The position numbers and the translations under genes were made by a program. Shown here piece after piece: positions 20,034-29,195 of a DNA stretch of 64,000 bases. Position 1 is the first letter of the stretch; each line of letters opens with the position of its first letter. A model generated the notes under the pieces. It did not search any database. It was not told where the DNA came from and saw nothing but the letters and a program-made list of their open reading frames with translations. The DNA comes from Bdellovibrionales bacterium (GTDB lineage Bacteria > Bdellovibrionota > Bdellovibrionia > Bdellovibrionales > Bdellovibrionaceae), in assembly GCA_031370005.1 (NCBI GenBank), contig JANMPT010000021.1, positions 32,001-96,000 of the forward strand. Direction: 5' to 3'.

Positions 20034-20810
20034 TTAGAGCGCATCAGAAAGCCCTGCAGGTTTTGCAATGGCCGCTTCTTTACTCGCATTGACAAAACGA
20101 TACGTGTATTCAATGCGCGAGTTTTTAGTTTGGGCCCTCATGGCATCGCTAAAGTTCCATTCGGCTAGTGTTTTCAAAATACAGGTCTGAATTTCTTTAT
20201 TTTCAACATCAGTAGCTACCATTTGAGTGCTAATCACTTTGCCGGCAGGATCGACTTCCCATGCCAAAGTCATAGCGGTTCCTTTAAATTCAATATCTTT
20301 TTTATGCTGTTGAATACAAGTCCGAATGTAGTGCCCGTTGATAGCAATTTTTTTTAAGATCCGAGTCCTTTTTTCGTCAACCATTGCACCTTCTTTGTGG
20401 GTCATTAAGCCTGGTGCAGTTTTTGTGATTTCGGTTTTAACAGTTGTATCAGTATTTTTAAGCTTATCTATATTTTCCGCGAGTTGTTTTGCTTTGTAAG
20501 CCTTATCCAACTCATCTTCATCCTGGGTGACATTCAAAGCCTGGAAAAACTGATAATCAGTATCAAGATATACTCTTTCTTCTTGAGCCTTTTTCTCTTC
20601 AACCTCTTTGGTCTTGAGTTCAACTAACTGTTCCTGTTCGGGTGTCTTGCTATTTGAAACGTCGGGCTCAACAACTTGTCCTGATTTGAGGTCTTGATAA
20701 CTCAAAGGAGAAAGACCATCGTATTGCTGTTTGAGCTCGTGAAGGCTCTGTGATTTGGCAATACTTACAAAAAGAAGACTTGTCAGTACAGCTACAAAAA
20801 AATTTTTCAT
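20034..20810 (-). CDS. Secreted protein with an AgmX/PglI-type (TonB-C-like) C-terminal domain
   Basis: Signal peptide; IRTC...G...L.WEVDPAGKV...EIQTCIL..L..WNF. ATG 20810 follows AGGTGGGGGAG. Confidence 0.75.
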   Translation of the reverse strand: MKNFFVAVLTSLLFVSIAKSQSLHELKQQYDGLSPLSYQDLKSGQVVEPDVSNSKTPEQEQLVELKTKEVEEKKAQEERVYLDTDYQFFQALNVTQDEDELDKAYKAKQLAENIDKLKNTDTTVKTEITKTAPGLMTHKEGAMVDEKRTRILKKIAINGHYIRTCIQQHKKDIEFKGTAMTLAWEVDPAGKVISTQMVATDVENKEIQTCILKTLAEWNFSDAMRAQTKNSRIEYTYRFVNASKEAAIAKPAGLSDAL

Positions 20811-21123
20811 ATCTCCCCCACCTGATAACTCTAGTTTACCATAGCGAACCTTCAAATTTCTAGAGCGTAAAATGGAAAAAATGCTGTCGATATTCTGGTC
20901 ACCTGTCTAAAGTACAAAAAACAGCAAAGACAATTTTACGGTTTTCAAGGGAGCTATCAATATCCAGAGATCAACTTTAAGCTTTGTAAAAGCCACCTGC
21001 CCTCCGTTGTCTTTATGGCCTACATGGGCGCTAATATCTAGACATAAATCTTTTTTTCTCCTTAGAGGATTTTGATAGTCAAAAAGGCGTACTTTTGCTA
21101 AAAACATCTCTCGTGAAAGGAGC

Positions 21124-21570
21124 ATGTTAGTGAAAACCGCTAGATATCTTATTCTTTTGGTTACTCTGAGCTTTATTGCCTGTGCTCGGTCAAACTATGA
21201 AGATTTGAATAGAAATCCGGCTGTAGATGAGCTTGGTACTTGTGATATTCGATTTGCTAGTTTAAAAATGTGCGCAGAATTGATCTGGGAAACAAAACCA
21301 ACAGAAACTGACTTTGGCTCTTTTGTTTTGGAGTTCTATAACCCCAAGGATCGCAGTCAATTTATGGATCCACCGAGTACGCTTAGCGTCACTTTATTGA
21401 TGCCAAGCCTTGGGCATGGATCCTCTCCTATGACTCTTGAGAAGTTAACAACGGGACAGTTTCGCGTTTCAAAAGTATTTTTCACCATGCACGGTGACTG
21501 GCAAATCCAGTTAAAACTTCAAAATGCAGCAACCATTATCGACCAAGCTATATATGCATTCCACTATTAG
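21124..21570 (+). CDS. FixH/YtkA-like lipoprotein
   Basis: Lipobox FIAC, MPSLGHGSSP, F.M.GDW. Confidence 0.75.
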   Translation: MLVKTARYLILLVTLSFIACARSNYEDLNRNPAVDELGTCDIRFASLKMCAELIWETKPTETDFGSFVLEFYNPKDRSQFMDPPSTLSVTLLMPSLGHGSSPMTLEKLTTGQFRVSKVFFTMHGDWQIQLKLQNAATIIDQAIYAFHY

Positions 21571-21582
21571 ATTTTTCAACCT

Positions 21583-21658
21583 GACCTCATAGCTCAAGTG
21601 GATAGAGCTACCGTTTCCTAAACGGTAGATCCCCGTTCAACTCGGGGTGAGGTCACCA
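21583..21658 (+). tRNA. tRNA-Arg(CCU)
   Basis: Full cloverleaf: acceptor GACCTCA/TGAGGTC, D arm GCTC/GAGC, anticodon arm ACCGT-TTCCTAA-ACGGT, T arm CCCCG-TTCAACT-CGGGG, encoded CCA; 76 nt. Confidence 0.97.
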
Positions 21659-21787
21659 AATATTAATAAAGTCGAGCCAACCTTTAAAAAATCTCACTCC
21701 TTTCTGAAGCCATTGCTCAGACCGCGTACCTGCCTCATATGCTCGTTTCAAAGGGGCTGATGTTCAGCCATATACTCTTCGATAGCT

Positions 21788-22096
21788 CTAGGCAGCCTTT
21801 TTAAGAGCAGTTTTAGATATTTTAGAACGAATCTCCTGCTCAAAGCTCTGGACTTGAATTTGGATATAGTTTTCTAAAAGAGCGTCCATAGGAACCCTGT
21901 ACAAATTTGCAAGCTTCACCACCGTTTCAACTGGGGGGTCCGAAAGTCCGCGTTCCCAATTAGAAATAAATTGTGGGCTGGTATAGCCGAGTACCTTTCG
22001 GACATCACCTTGAGAAAGACCCGCTTTGACTCTGAGATCTCTCAAGAGTGACGCAAAGCCGATTTTTAAATTATTTTTAGGAGCTTGTCTTTTCAT
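21788..22096 (-). CDS. XRE-family helix-turn-helix regulator
   Basis: LRDLR...GLSQ..V...LGY.SPQFISNWERG...PP; GGAGAGG RBS before ATG 22096. Confidence 0.9.
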   Translation of the reverse strand: MKRQAPKNNLKIGFASLLRDLRVKAGLSQGDVRKVLGYTSPQFISNWERGLSDPPVETVVKLANLYRVPMDALLENYIQIQVQSFEQEIRSKISKTALKKAA

Positions 22097-22113
22097 AATA
22101 CACCTCTCCATTA

Positions 22114-22141
22114 TATTCGGCAATCAGCACATTTTGCTTGA
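22114..22141 (-). promoter_or_regulatory. Candidate sigma28 promoter of the XRE gene
   Basis: TCAAG-N15-GCCGAATA. Confidence 0.5.
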
Positions 22142-22279
22142 GGTCCGCAAAAAAAATATCAGTTGGTGGCCTCTTTTACTTTTTGCAGCAAAACCCCCTC
22201 TTTGTGACGCCGAGTGGGCCTACATTGTATATATTTTAGACGCATTTTTGGCTCAAAACAAAACAATACAATTTTGGCA

Positions 22280-22297
22280 TTGGCACTAAAATCGCAT
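22280..22297 (+). promoter_or_regulatory. Candidate sigma54 (-24/-12) promoter
   Basis: TTGGCAC-TAAAA-TCGCAT with exact GG-N10-GC spacing, ~90 nt upstream of the ORF at 22387. Confidence 0.6.
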
Positions 22298-22386
22298 GTC
22301 CACATCAGGAAGCCTGCAAGATTTCAGCAAATGGAAACGCTTTCTTTTGCCTGGTATCTAGCTATATTTTAATAAGTGAGGATTTT

Positions 22387-23133
22387 ATGAAAAATGATTT
22401 TACAATAAAAGCCCTGATGGCTGTGCTTATAGCAATTGGAGCGACTAGCTCAGCTTTTGCGGCCGGCAGCTCAACCTGTGAGGATAAATACAAAGCCAAG
22501 ATCGGTGAGCTAAATAAAGACCTTAACGATCTGAAAGACAGTTATCAGTATTTAGCAGTACGCTCTAAAAGATCGGCAACTAATGTTAATTTCGAGGTCG
22601 CATTTCACTGCTTAGCGAAGACCGGGCTAGAGTTGAATTCATTAGACGCCGAACGCCAGTGTGAAGCCGAGGCCCTTGCAGGCACTTTATCAGGTTATGC
22701 TGTGGAAGACTCTGATAAAAGAATACCAACCATGGATTATAGGGGCATACCCTTCAGCCAACAACGTATTGATAAAATCAAGGACATACTAGCTAAAATC
22801 GATAAGACGATGGTTCAGGAGGAAAACCTCCGTATAGTCTATAATTTAAAATTTTCTGACTTTGGAAGCTCTCCGAATAAACACTTGCTTTCAGAAACAC
22901 TCATGGCAGAACTAAAAAATACGATGAGAGATCCTCGGATAGATCATTGGATGACGATAGAACTTGTGAGTCAATTTCCAGAAAATGAGCTCTGTGGTGC
23001 AGATGGCACTCCAATGACTTTCACCAGTTTTATTCGACGCTTTGTTCAAATAGCTCCAGACAAGGTCGATAAGATAGAAGCTATTCTTACTGAGGCCAGA
23101 AAAAAAGATAGACAAGCTTGGTCTTGGTTCTAG
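22387..23133 (+). CDS. Secreted hypothetical protein
   Basis: GAGG RBS, signal peptide ending AFA, four Cys, mostly helical. Confidence 0.7.
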   Translation: MKNDFTIKALMAVLIAIGATSSAFAAGSSTCEDKYKAKIGELNKDLNDLKDSYQYLAVRSKRSATNVNFEVAFHCLAKTGLELNSLDAERQCEAEALAGTLSGYAVEDSDKRIPTMDYRGIPFSQQRIDKIKDILAKIDKTMVQEENLRIVYNLKFSDFGSSPNKHLLSETLMAELKNTMRDPRIDHWMTIELVSQFPENELCGADGTPMTFTSFIRRFVQIAPDKVDKIEAILTEARKKDRQAWSWF

Positions 23134-23167
23134 TTTTTCAGATATTTCTTAACTTTTCGAACAGTGG

Positions 23168-23214
23168 TCGGCAATTATGATATGCAAATTATGTTTGCAT
23201 ATCATAATTGCCGA
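23168..23214. repeat. Perfect 21-bp inverted repeat with a 5-nt loop
   Basis: TCGGCAATTATGATATGCAAA-ttatg-TTTGCATATCATAATTGCCGA. Confidence 0.95.
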
Positions 23215-24004
23215 TTTGATAGAGGGCTTTTTTAGCTTCTGCCAAAGAATATTCTTTTTCAAATTCCACGATGAGACTGCCATCGATTAAAATTCTTGGA
23301 TCAATATTGAGCTTTAGGATCTCGAGATATACAGTTTTGGCGTGTGGTTTCTTTCTGACACTCCGGCTATAAGTCATAAAAGACGAAACTAAAATAAATG
23401 GATAAAAAAACAAAAATAAAATCACATTGGATGGCTTCACCTCAGAAAAGTGAATCTTACGAATTTTAAAACCAGCAATTTTAGCAAGTAATCTCAACTT
23501 AGTGATGCCTATTAGAAAAATGTGGCCGAAATACTGGTTATTATTATGATCACGATTGAACCAGATACTATCATACTCGTTCACGGAAACAATGCGACTG
23601 TAGCGTTCACTCTCCGTCAGAAGATAGGAAAGCTTGTGCTTCAAGTTTGAATGGTTTGGAGTCGTCACTATCAGTGTAGCCTTGTCCTTCATAACCCGAT
23701 TGAATTCTTTTAGTGTCGAGAGCTGATCCGGAAAATGTTCAATGCCCTCTTGGCATATAAGCAAATCCGCAAGATCACTACTCAAAGGTATGCCTTCAGT
23801 AACATCACAGTATTCACACTTGATGCGCTTCTCATTAAAGAACTCCGGGAAAAGATCAAAAGCATGAACCTTGTATCCATTATTTAAAAGAAATTCGGAG
23901 GTCTCTCCGTTACCCGCTGGGAGATCAATAGCCACAGGATGCTGCTTAGATTGAGAGACCAGAACCTGATTGAGCACTCTAAAAAAAATAGTCTTAAAAG
24001 TCAT
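23189..24004 (-). CDS. Class I SAM-dependent methyltransferase
   Basis: DLPAGNG motif I, FDL, EGIEH, E..RV.K....L.VTTPN. Confidence 0.88.
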   Translation of the reverse strand: MTFKTIFFRVLNQVLVSQSKQHPVAIDLPAGNGETSEFLLNNGYKVHAFDLFPEFFNEKRIKCEYCDVTEGIPLSSDLADLLICQEGIEHFPDQLSTLKEFNRVMKDKATLIVTTPNHSNLKHKLSYLLTESERYSRIVSVNEYDSIWFNRDHNNNQYFGHIFLIGITKLRLLAKIAGFKIRKIHFSEVKPSNVILFLFFYPFILVSSFMTYSRSVRKKPHAKTVYLEILKLNIDPRILIDGSLIVEFEKEYSLAEAKKALYQIGNYDMQT

Positions 24005-24218
24005 TCTCTTCAGAGTAAGGGGCCAGAAAAATACTTGTCAACTGTAAGTATCGCGATTTCGTATTGACGCAATTGACCTAGGTTTCCTAAGCCCAACTCT
24101 CCGACGCCTCTTTCTTGTGTATGAATACAGAGATTTTAAATCAGCAATGACTTGGTTTTATTTTTATGAGCACTATGCTTTTGCGTAGAGCATCCAGCAT
24201 GGAAAGGTGATTTTATCC

Positions 24219-24425
24219 ATGGAAAAAATGAAAGAACCTAGAATAGTGGCCATTGGTGCTTCAGCGGGAGGCTTAGACTCTTTTCGAGAGTTAATTGAAA
24301 ACTTGCCCATCGATACGGATATGGCTTTTGTATTGCTCTCGCATATTTTACGCAGTTCAAATAGCTTGGTAAAAAAACCGAGATCAAGCCTAAAACATAC
24401 AGAACATACGGAGAGGTTTCTATGA
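24219..24425 (+). pseudogene. Truncated CheB-type methylesterase fragment
   Basis: IVAIGASAGGL...LP.D..MAFVLLSH matches the start of the CheB catalytic domain. Similarity stops after ~50 aa and the catalytic Asp region is absent. Confidence 0.75.
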
Positions 24426-25018
24426 TCCAAGTTAGAGTTATGATTTTGAGCGTATTGCTATTTTTATCAACAGTCGCGAATGCAGGCATATATCTCGAAC
24501 CCGGCCTCACGTATGAAAGAGGCGACAATACCGTGGATTGGCCATCGCCATTAACAACTTCCACGGGCAGCTCGCAGGGTCTCGGCTTTAACTTAAAAGC
24601 AGGTTTAGCTTTTGCCGACACCGTGTTTGCGGGGGCAGACCTTTCATTTTCCAAACCGAACTTCAAAAATTCGGCGGTCAACTATGATGCTGCCGCAACC
24701 TCCAATCTCTATGGAGTCGTTGTTGGAGGACAAATGCCAGTTGTTGGACTTCGTCTTTGGGGGGGATACATTTTTGATGGTCTATTGGATCCTGAGTCTT
24801 CAAACGGGTATAATGTGAAGTTTTCCGGTGCCAGCGGTTATAAACTAGGACTGGGATTCCACATCCTGATGGTGAGCCTTAATGTAGAATACTTGGACCT
24901 CAAGTACTCTACGTCCACGCTCGAGCAGGCAGGACCAATTACTTTTAATAGTACTTTTGATGGTCCACTAAAAAATAAAAACTGGGTTCTGAGTGTAAGC
25001 ATTCCACTCACTCTTTAG
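24422..25018 (+). CDS. Small outer-membrane beta-barrel protein
   Basis: Signal peptide ANA, amphipathic Gly/aromatic strands, C-terminal WVLSVSIPLTL. Confidence 0.75.
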   Translation: MIQVRVMILSVLLFLSTVANAGIYLEPGLTYERGDNTVDWPSPLTTSTGSSQGLGFNLKAGLAFADTVFAGADLSFSKPNFKNSAVNYDAAATSNLYGVVVGGQMPVVGLRLWGGYIFDGLLDPESSNGYNVKFSGASGYKLGLGFHILMVSLNVEYLDLKYSTSTLEQAGPITFNSTFDGPLKNKNWVLSVSIPLTL

Positions 25019-25042
25019 TAATTAATAAAAAGGATTCAATCT

Positions 25043-25402
25043 ATGAAATTGCCAAAACCATTTAGAATTGCTTGTTGTTTTTTGATGAGCCTGCTTATGA
25101 CAGATATTCCCGCTTTTGCTTTAGGCAAAGTAGCAATGATTTCCACAAGCGCTGCACTTGTTGAATCTGATCGAACCGAAGCCCTGACAAAGATACAAGA
25201 ATATCTCAAAAGAGCAGACGTACAAAAGGCCTTGATAGCGCGGGGGCTTTCTCCAGATGAAGCTTCATTGCGCTTGGCAAGCTTATCGGAATCCGAGCTG
25301 CGCCAGCTTTCAAAAGGCGTGGAATATGCGCAGGCGGGCGGCGACATTTTACTAACAATTCTTCTTATCGTCCTAATTATATTTTTAATCAAACGCATTT
25401 AG
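25043..25402 (+). CDS. PA2779-family protein (signal peptide, GGD motif, hydrophobic tail)
   Basis: R.DV...L...G.S.DEA..RLA.LS.SEL..L......AGGD-ILLTILLIVLIIFLIKRI. Confidence 0.8.
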   Translation: MKLPKPFRIACCFLMSLLMTDIPAFALGKVAMISTSAALVESDRTEALTKIQEYLKRADVQKALIARGLSPDEASLRLASLSESELRQLSKGVEYAQAGGDILLTILLIVLIIFLIKRI

Positions 25403-25409
25403 AGAGTTT

Positions 25410-26345
25410 ATGAAATCCTTGGTTTTTTTAATTATGATTCTGGGTTTAGTCGGCTGCGTGAGTTCGGCTCCACAAACCGAGGCCTTGTTACTTGAAAAAA
25501 CTAATTTGCCAAAATCATTTCTAGTTGCAAACGTCCCTTTTATTCAACAAAATGCCAATTATTGTGGACCCGCAACCCTGGCAATGGCTTTGAACTGGGC
25601 CGGAAAAAATATTAAAATCGATGAAATTGCCTCCCAGGTTTACACACCCGGGCTAAAAGGAAGCCTGCAACTAGACATGATCAGCGCCAGCCGCAGGCAG
25701 GGAGTTATCGCTATTCCAATTGAAGGAATGTCTGCTCTTTTAACTGAAATCGCTGCGGGGCATCCAGTAATTGTATTTGAGAATCTCTCAGTTAGCTGGT
25801 TGCCTCAATGGCATTATGCAATTGTCTTTGGCTATGATCTTTCTCGTCAAAAAGTTGTTATGCACTCAGGACCCGAGGCCTTTAAGCAATGGGACTTACG
25901 TAAGTTTGAAAGATCATGGAGGCTTGGAAAGTATTGGGGCCTAGTCATACTTGCTCCGGGAAGTCTGGCTGCCTCAGCGGACGAACTTGCGCATGTAAGA
26001 GCTACTGCGGCTCTTGAACAAATTGGCAAAATAGATGAAGCAAAAAAATCTTATCTACGGATTTTGCAACGCTGGCCTAAAAGTTTGGGTGCAAACATCG
26101 GCTTAGGCAATATCGCCTATAGTAATTCTGAAATATTAGAATCTGTTCGGTTTTTACGAAAAGCCACCGATGACCATCCCCTATCATCAGCAGCTTGGCA
26201 TAATCTCGCTATTGCCCAAGGGGCAGCTCATATGAGACAAGCAGCGCGACGAGCAGTACAGCAGGCCTTAAAGCTTGCCTCTGTAGAACAAAGGGACTCT
26301 TTCAATCAAGACTTCCAAAAACTCTTAAATTCAGAATCATTTTGA
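25410..26345 (+). CDS. PA2778-family C39-like cysteine peptidase lipoprotein with TPRs
   Basis: Lipobox LVGC, VPFIQQ..NYCGPA.LAM, VY.PG.KGSLQ, WHYA.V.GYD, HSG, C-terminal TPRs. Confidence 0.85.
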   Translation: MKSLVFLIMILGLVGCVSSAPQTEALLLEKTNLPKSFLVANVPFIQQNANYCGPATLAMALNWAGKNIKIDEIASQVYTPGLKGSLQLDMISASRRQGVIAIPIEGMSALLTEIAAGHPVIVFENLSVSWLPQWHYAIVFGYDLSRQKVVMHSGPEAFKQWDLRKFERSWRLGKYWGLVILAPGSLAASADELAHVRATAALEQIGKIDEAKKSYLRILQRWPKSLGANIGLGNIAYSNSEILESVRFLRKATDDHPLSSAAWHNLAIAQGAAHMRQAARRAVQQALKLASVEQRDSFNQDFQKLLNSESF

Positions 26346-26480
26346 GACGCCTCAATATTAGAAACTAAGAAATATTTTTTACTTTTTCTTAAATTCGACC
26401 GATCCTAACTATATCCTAATTACAAGCAAACACAGGGGTGTCTCGTTAAAGTCGCGAAAAAGTTTAATTATATTTTTTCA

Positions 26481-28013
26481 ATGTCTCTTCTTGTCTTCAT
26501 GACTGTATTATTTGGTCAGGCGTGCACCCATCCTTACTTTCACCCAGTTGATTCCGAAAAAACATCTGCGGCCAACAACAGTGGCAATGGCACGACATAT
26601 GATGGGAAATTAACTTTCCTCGAGTTTGAAGCTGATTTCAAATGTGAAAATAAGATTGCCGCAAAATCTATTATCACCCGTGAAAACGGAGTTTGGACTT
26701 TACTTAAAAATTCTCCGCAAAAATGCGCTGAATCCGTAACTGTTCTGAATGATGTGACTTACTCAGGCTCTTCTAATTTTCTTAATTACAATGGCATCAA
26801 CTATGCACTAAACTTGAATCCCGCAACAGCCAATAGCCTAAGAGAATTTAAGGTGGACCCAACTGCTTCTACCAATTCACTAGACTCAACGCCAGGCGAT
26901 GGTGTCTGCGCAGATTCAAGTGGAAAATGCTCACTGCAAGCCGCTTTTGACGAGCTTAACGGCGTAGACCTACCAGCAATTATTAACATTCCAAACGGCA
27001 CATATTTCTTATCAAGCACGCTCAAAATCAAAATTGACAGCACCGTCCAAATTGTAGGTGCATCAAGCAGCAATACGATCCTCGATGGAGGCTCTAACAC
27101 TGCCATTCTTGAAACTGCTATCAACTCAAATAACCACCCAACACGAGTTATTAAGGGACTTAACTTCTCCCATGCCTTCTCAGACGCTTCAAATGCTTCT
27201 GGCGGCGCTTCAGCAATTAGTGTTGTCGGCTCTGTTCGTATTACTGGATGTCAATTTCATAACAATACCGGTTTTGCACCTGCGGTTTTAGCTGGTGTTT
27301 TCTCCCATGATGTTATCGTTGAGGACAGTGTCTTTGATCAGACTCAAAACGTCGCCCTTTTGGTTCACGGCTCATCGCTTTTTAGTGTCCTACGAAGCGA
27401 ATTTTCCGGAAATGCAACAGGTCTTATCGTCGACAATTCAACTTGGAATGTTACCATTAAAGGATCAAGTTTTTACAATAACACCCAAGGCATTATCGTT
27501 TGGTCATGTTATTCAGGCTGCTTAATTGAAAACACAACTGTCGCAAATAATTTCATAGGAATATATATATCAACGGTTTTAAATAATGACTTTTATATTC
27601 GAAATACAACAGTCAAAGGCTATAATTTAAGCGCATTGACACTTCGATTTGATAACTCAGGCAGCACAGGGCGTTTATTTTTACAGAATTCAATCCTGTC
27701 AAACTCTCTGAGTGGACAACATAATTGTTCATTTCTGGGGACCACTGCAGCCGCCAATCTTGTTGCCCAGAATTCTATTGTTGATGATACCAGTTGCGGC
27801 ACTGCGGGCATTCAGATAACTGACCCACTTCTTCAAGCTCTGGCCTTAAACGGCGGCACGACTCACACCATGTTGCCTAACTCTGGCAGCCCTGCTATTG
27901 ATTCTGGCGACAACTTGATTTGCTCTGCAAAAGATCAAAGAGGCGCTCCGCGCCCAGTTGATAAGCTTGGCAACGGAGCCATTTGCGATATTGGCGCTGT
28001 GGAAGTGCAATAG
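26481..28013 (+). CDS. Surface lipoprotein with CSLREA, beta-helix and choice-of-anchor-Q-like domains
   Basis: QAC lipobox-like, GNGTTYDGK, PGDGVCAD..GKCSLQAA, parallel beta-helix repeats, L..NGG.T.T......SPAID.G...DQRG..RP....CDIGAVE. Confidence 0.8.
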   Translation: MSLLVFMTVLFGQACTHPYFHPVDSEKTSAANNSGNGTTYDGKLTFLEFEADFKCENKIAAKSIITRENGVWTLLKNSPQKCAESVTVLNDVTYSGSSNFLNYNGINYALNLNPATANSLREFKVDPTASTNSLDSTPGDGVCADSSGKCSLQAAFDELNGVDLPAIINIPNGTYFLSSTLKIKIDSTVQIVGASSSNTILDGGSNTAILETAINSNNHPTRVIKGLNFSHAFSDASNASGGASAISVVGSVRITGCQFHNNTGFAPAVLAGVFSHDVIVEDSVFDQTQNVALLVHGSSLFSVLRSEFSGNATGLIVDNSTWNVTIKGSSFYNNTQGIIVWSCYSGCLIENTTVANNFIGIYISTVLNNDFYIRNTTVKGYNLSALTLRFDNSGSTGRLFLQNSILSNSLSGQHNCSFLGTTAAANLVAQNSIVDDTSCGTAGIQITDPLLQALALNGGTTHTMLPNSGSPAIDSGDNLICSAKDQRGAPRPVDKLGNGAICDIGAVEVQ

Positions 28014-28146
28014 GAATATTTGGCGTGTTAATTTTTGCAAGACAATAAAATCTCATTATAGATTTTATTGGTAGCTTTGGATTTTAATTTTTCTTGATGA
28101 CATATTAGTGAAATTTGCGTTTTTTTTAATTGGCCGCTGACTTGTT

Positions 28147-28488
28147 TTAATTCAGGATATTTTTTTGACACAGAATCAGATCTGAATCATTCAAGAGAAG
28201 ATTAAAATTTTCTTCCCATCTTTGTTTTGTATCTTTTACAGCTCTGTAAAAACGCTCACCCTGCGGGGTTAGCAAGAGGCCAATATTTTTTCTTTGAAAA
28301 AGTTTTTGCCCTAAGTCCTGCTCTAATCTGTGAATGGCTCTTGAAAGCCCCGACTGCTGAATGCCAAGCTGTTCCGCAGCCTTAGATATATTCAGACTCT
28401 CCGCAACTGCTAAGAAATAAGTGATCTCTTTTTGAAGGGCGTCTACATACTTATATGTATCGAATCTATAAACTTTTGACATATTCAT
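28147..28488 (-). pseudogene. Truncated LysR-family regulator (HTH and linker helix only)
   Basis: YFLAVAESLNISKAAEQLGIQQSGLSRAI.RLEQDLGQKLF.R...G..LT..G, then a stop at 113 aa with no substrate-binding domain. Confidence 0.8.
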
Positions 28489-28598
28489 TCAAAGAATATC
28501 AGATATTACTAAAATATGATAACGAAATATTAAAGAACAGCTTATATATTAAGCCTCAAGGGCGCTTTAATATTAAAAGTAAATCACAAGGAGATTTT

Positions 28599-29195
28599 AT
28601 GAAAAAAATTTTAAATATCTTAGCCTGCTTATGTGTTTTTGCGATATCCAACTTTGCAGTAGCTTCTTATGGTGGCATTAGTTACAGCTACAGAACAAAC
28701 AGCGAGTATGATTGCAGTTATAATGTCGACGGAATCAAAATTGGCGACGGCAAATACAGCATCAATTCACTCATCGGAACAAAAAAAGGCCAAATTGTTT
28801 CTTTTGACTATTTTGGCAAGCATCAGATCGGCGATTCTTTTAAAGCGCCTCAGCCTCTATTAGAGGCCTTTCAAAAAAGAGGTCTTGATGTAAGGTATAA
28901 TGACAGCTTAACCCGAGCAAATACTGAGTTTATTAAAATCTTTAAAACTCCACTTATTTCAGAGCCCGTTTTTAATTTGGAACTAGTAATTAGTGGTTTA
29001 AATAGGACCGGAGTTACCAATGATGGCCAATTTGCTGCAGGAAGCGACCCCTACCTCTATCACTCAACTCATCTTGAGTTCGATAACTCAACAAAGAATC
29101 TCTTCGTAGAGCTTAATTACTCATACAAAAATGCATTTACCGGGGATAAAAAAGCGTTGCTCCGTGTTGACGGAAGCTGTTCCTTGGCTAAATAA
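28599..29195 (+). CDS. Secreted hypothetical protein
   Basis: AAGGAG RBS before ATG 28599; MKKIL signal peptide. Confidence 0.7.
   Translation: MKKILNILACLCVFAISNFAVASYGGISYSYRTNSEYDCSYNVDGIKIGDGKYSINSLIGTKKGQIVSFDYFGKHQIGDSFKAPQPLLEAFQKRGLDVRYNDSLTRANTEFIKIFKTPLISEPVFNLELVISGLNRTGVTNDGQFAAGSDPYLYHSTHLEFDNSTKNLFVELNYSYKNAFTGDKKALLRVDGSCSLAK

Noticed and set aside
20907..21125. 72-aa minus-strand ORF and the many other short nested ORFs in the track
   Set aside because: No recognisable motif or RBS; they lie antisense or out of frame to well-supported genes, or within promoter regions.
23189..24004. Methyltransferase as a restriction-modification DNA methylase
   Set aside because: No DPPY/NPPY or PCQ motif and no nuclease partner; it looks like a small-molecule or glycan methyltransferase.
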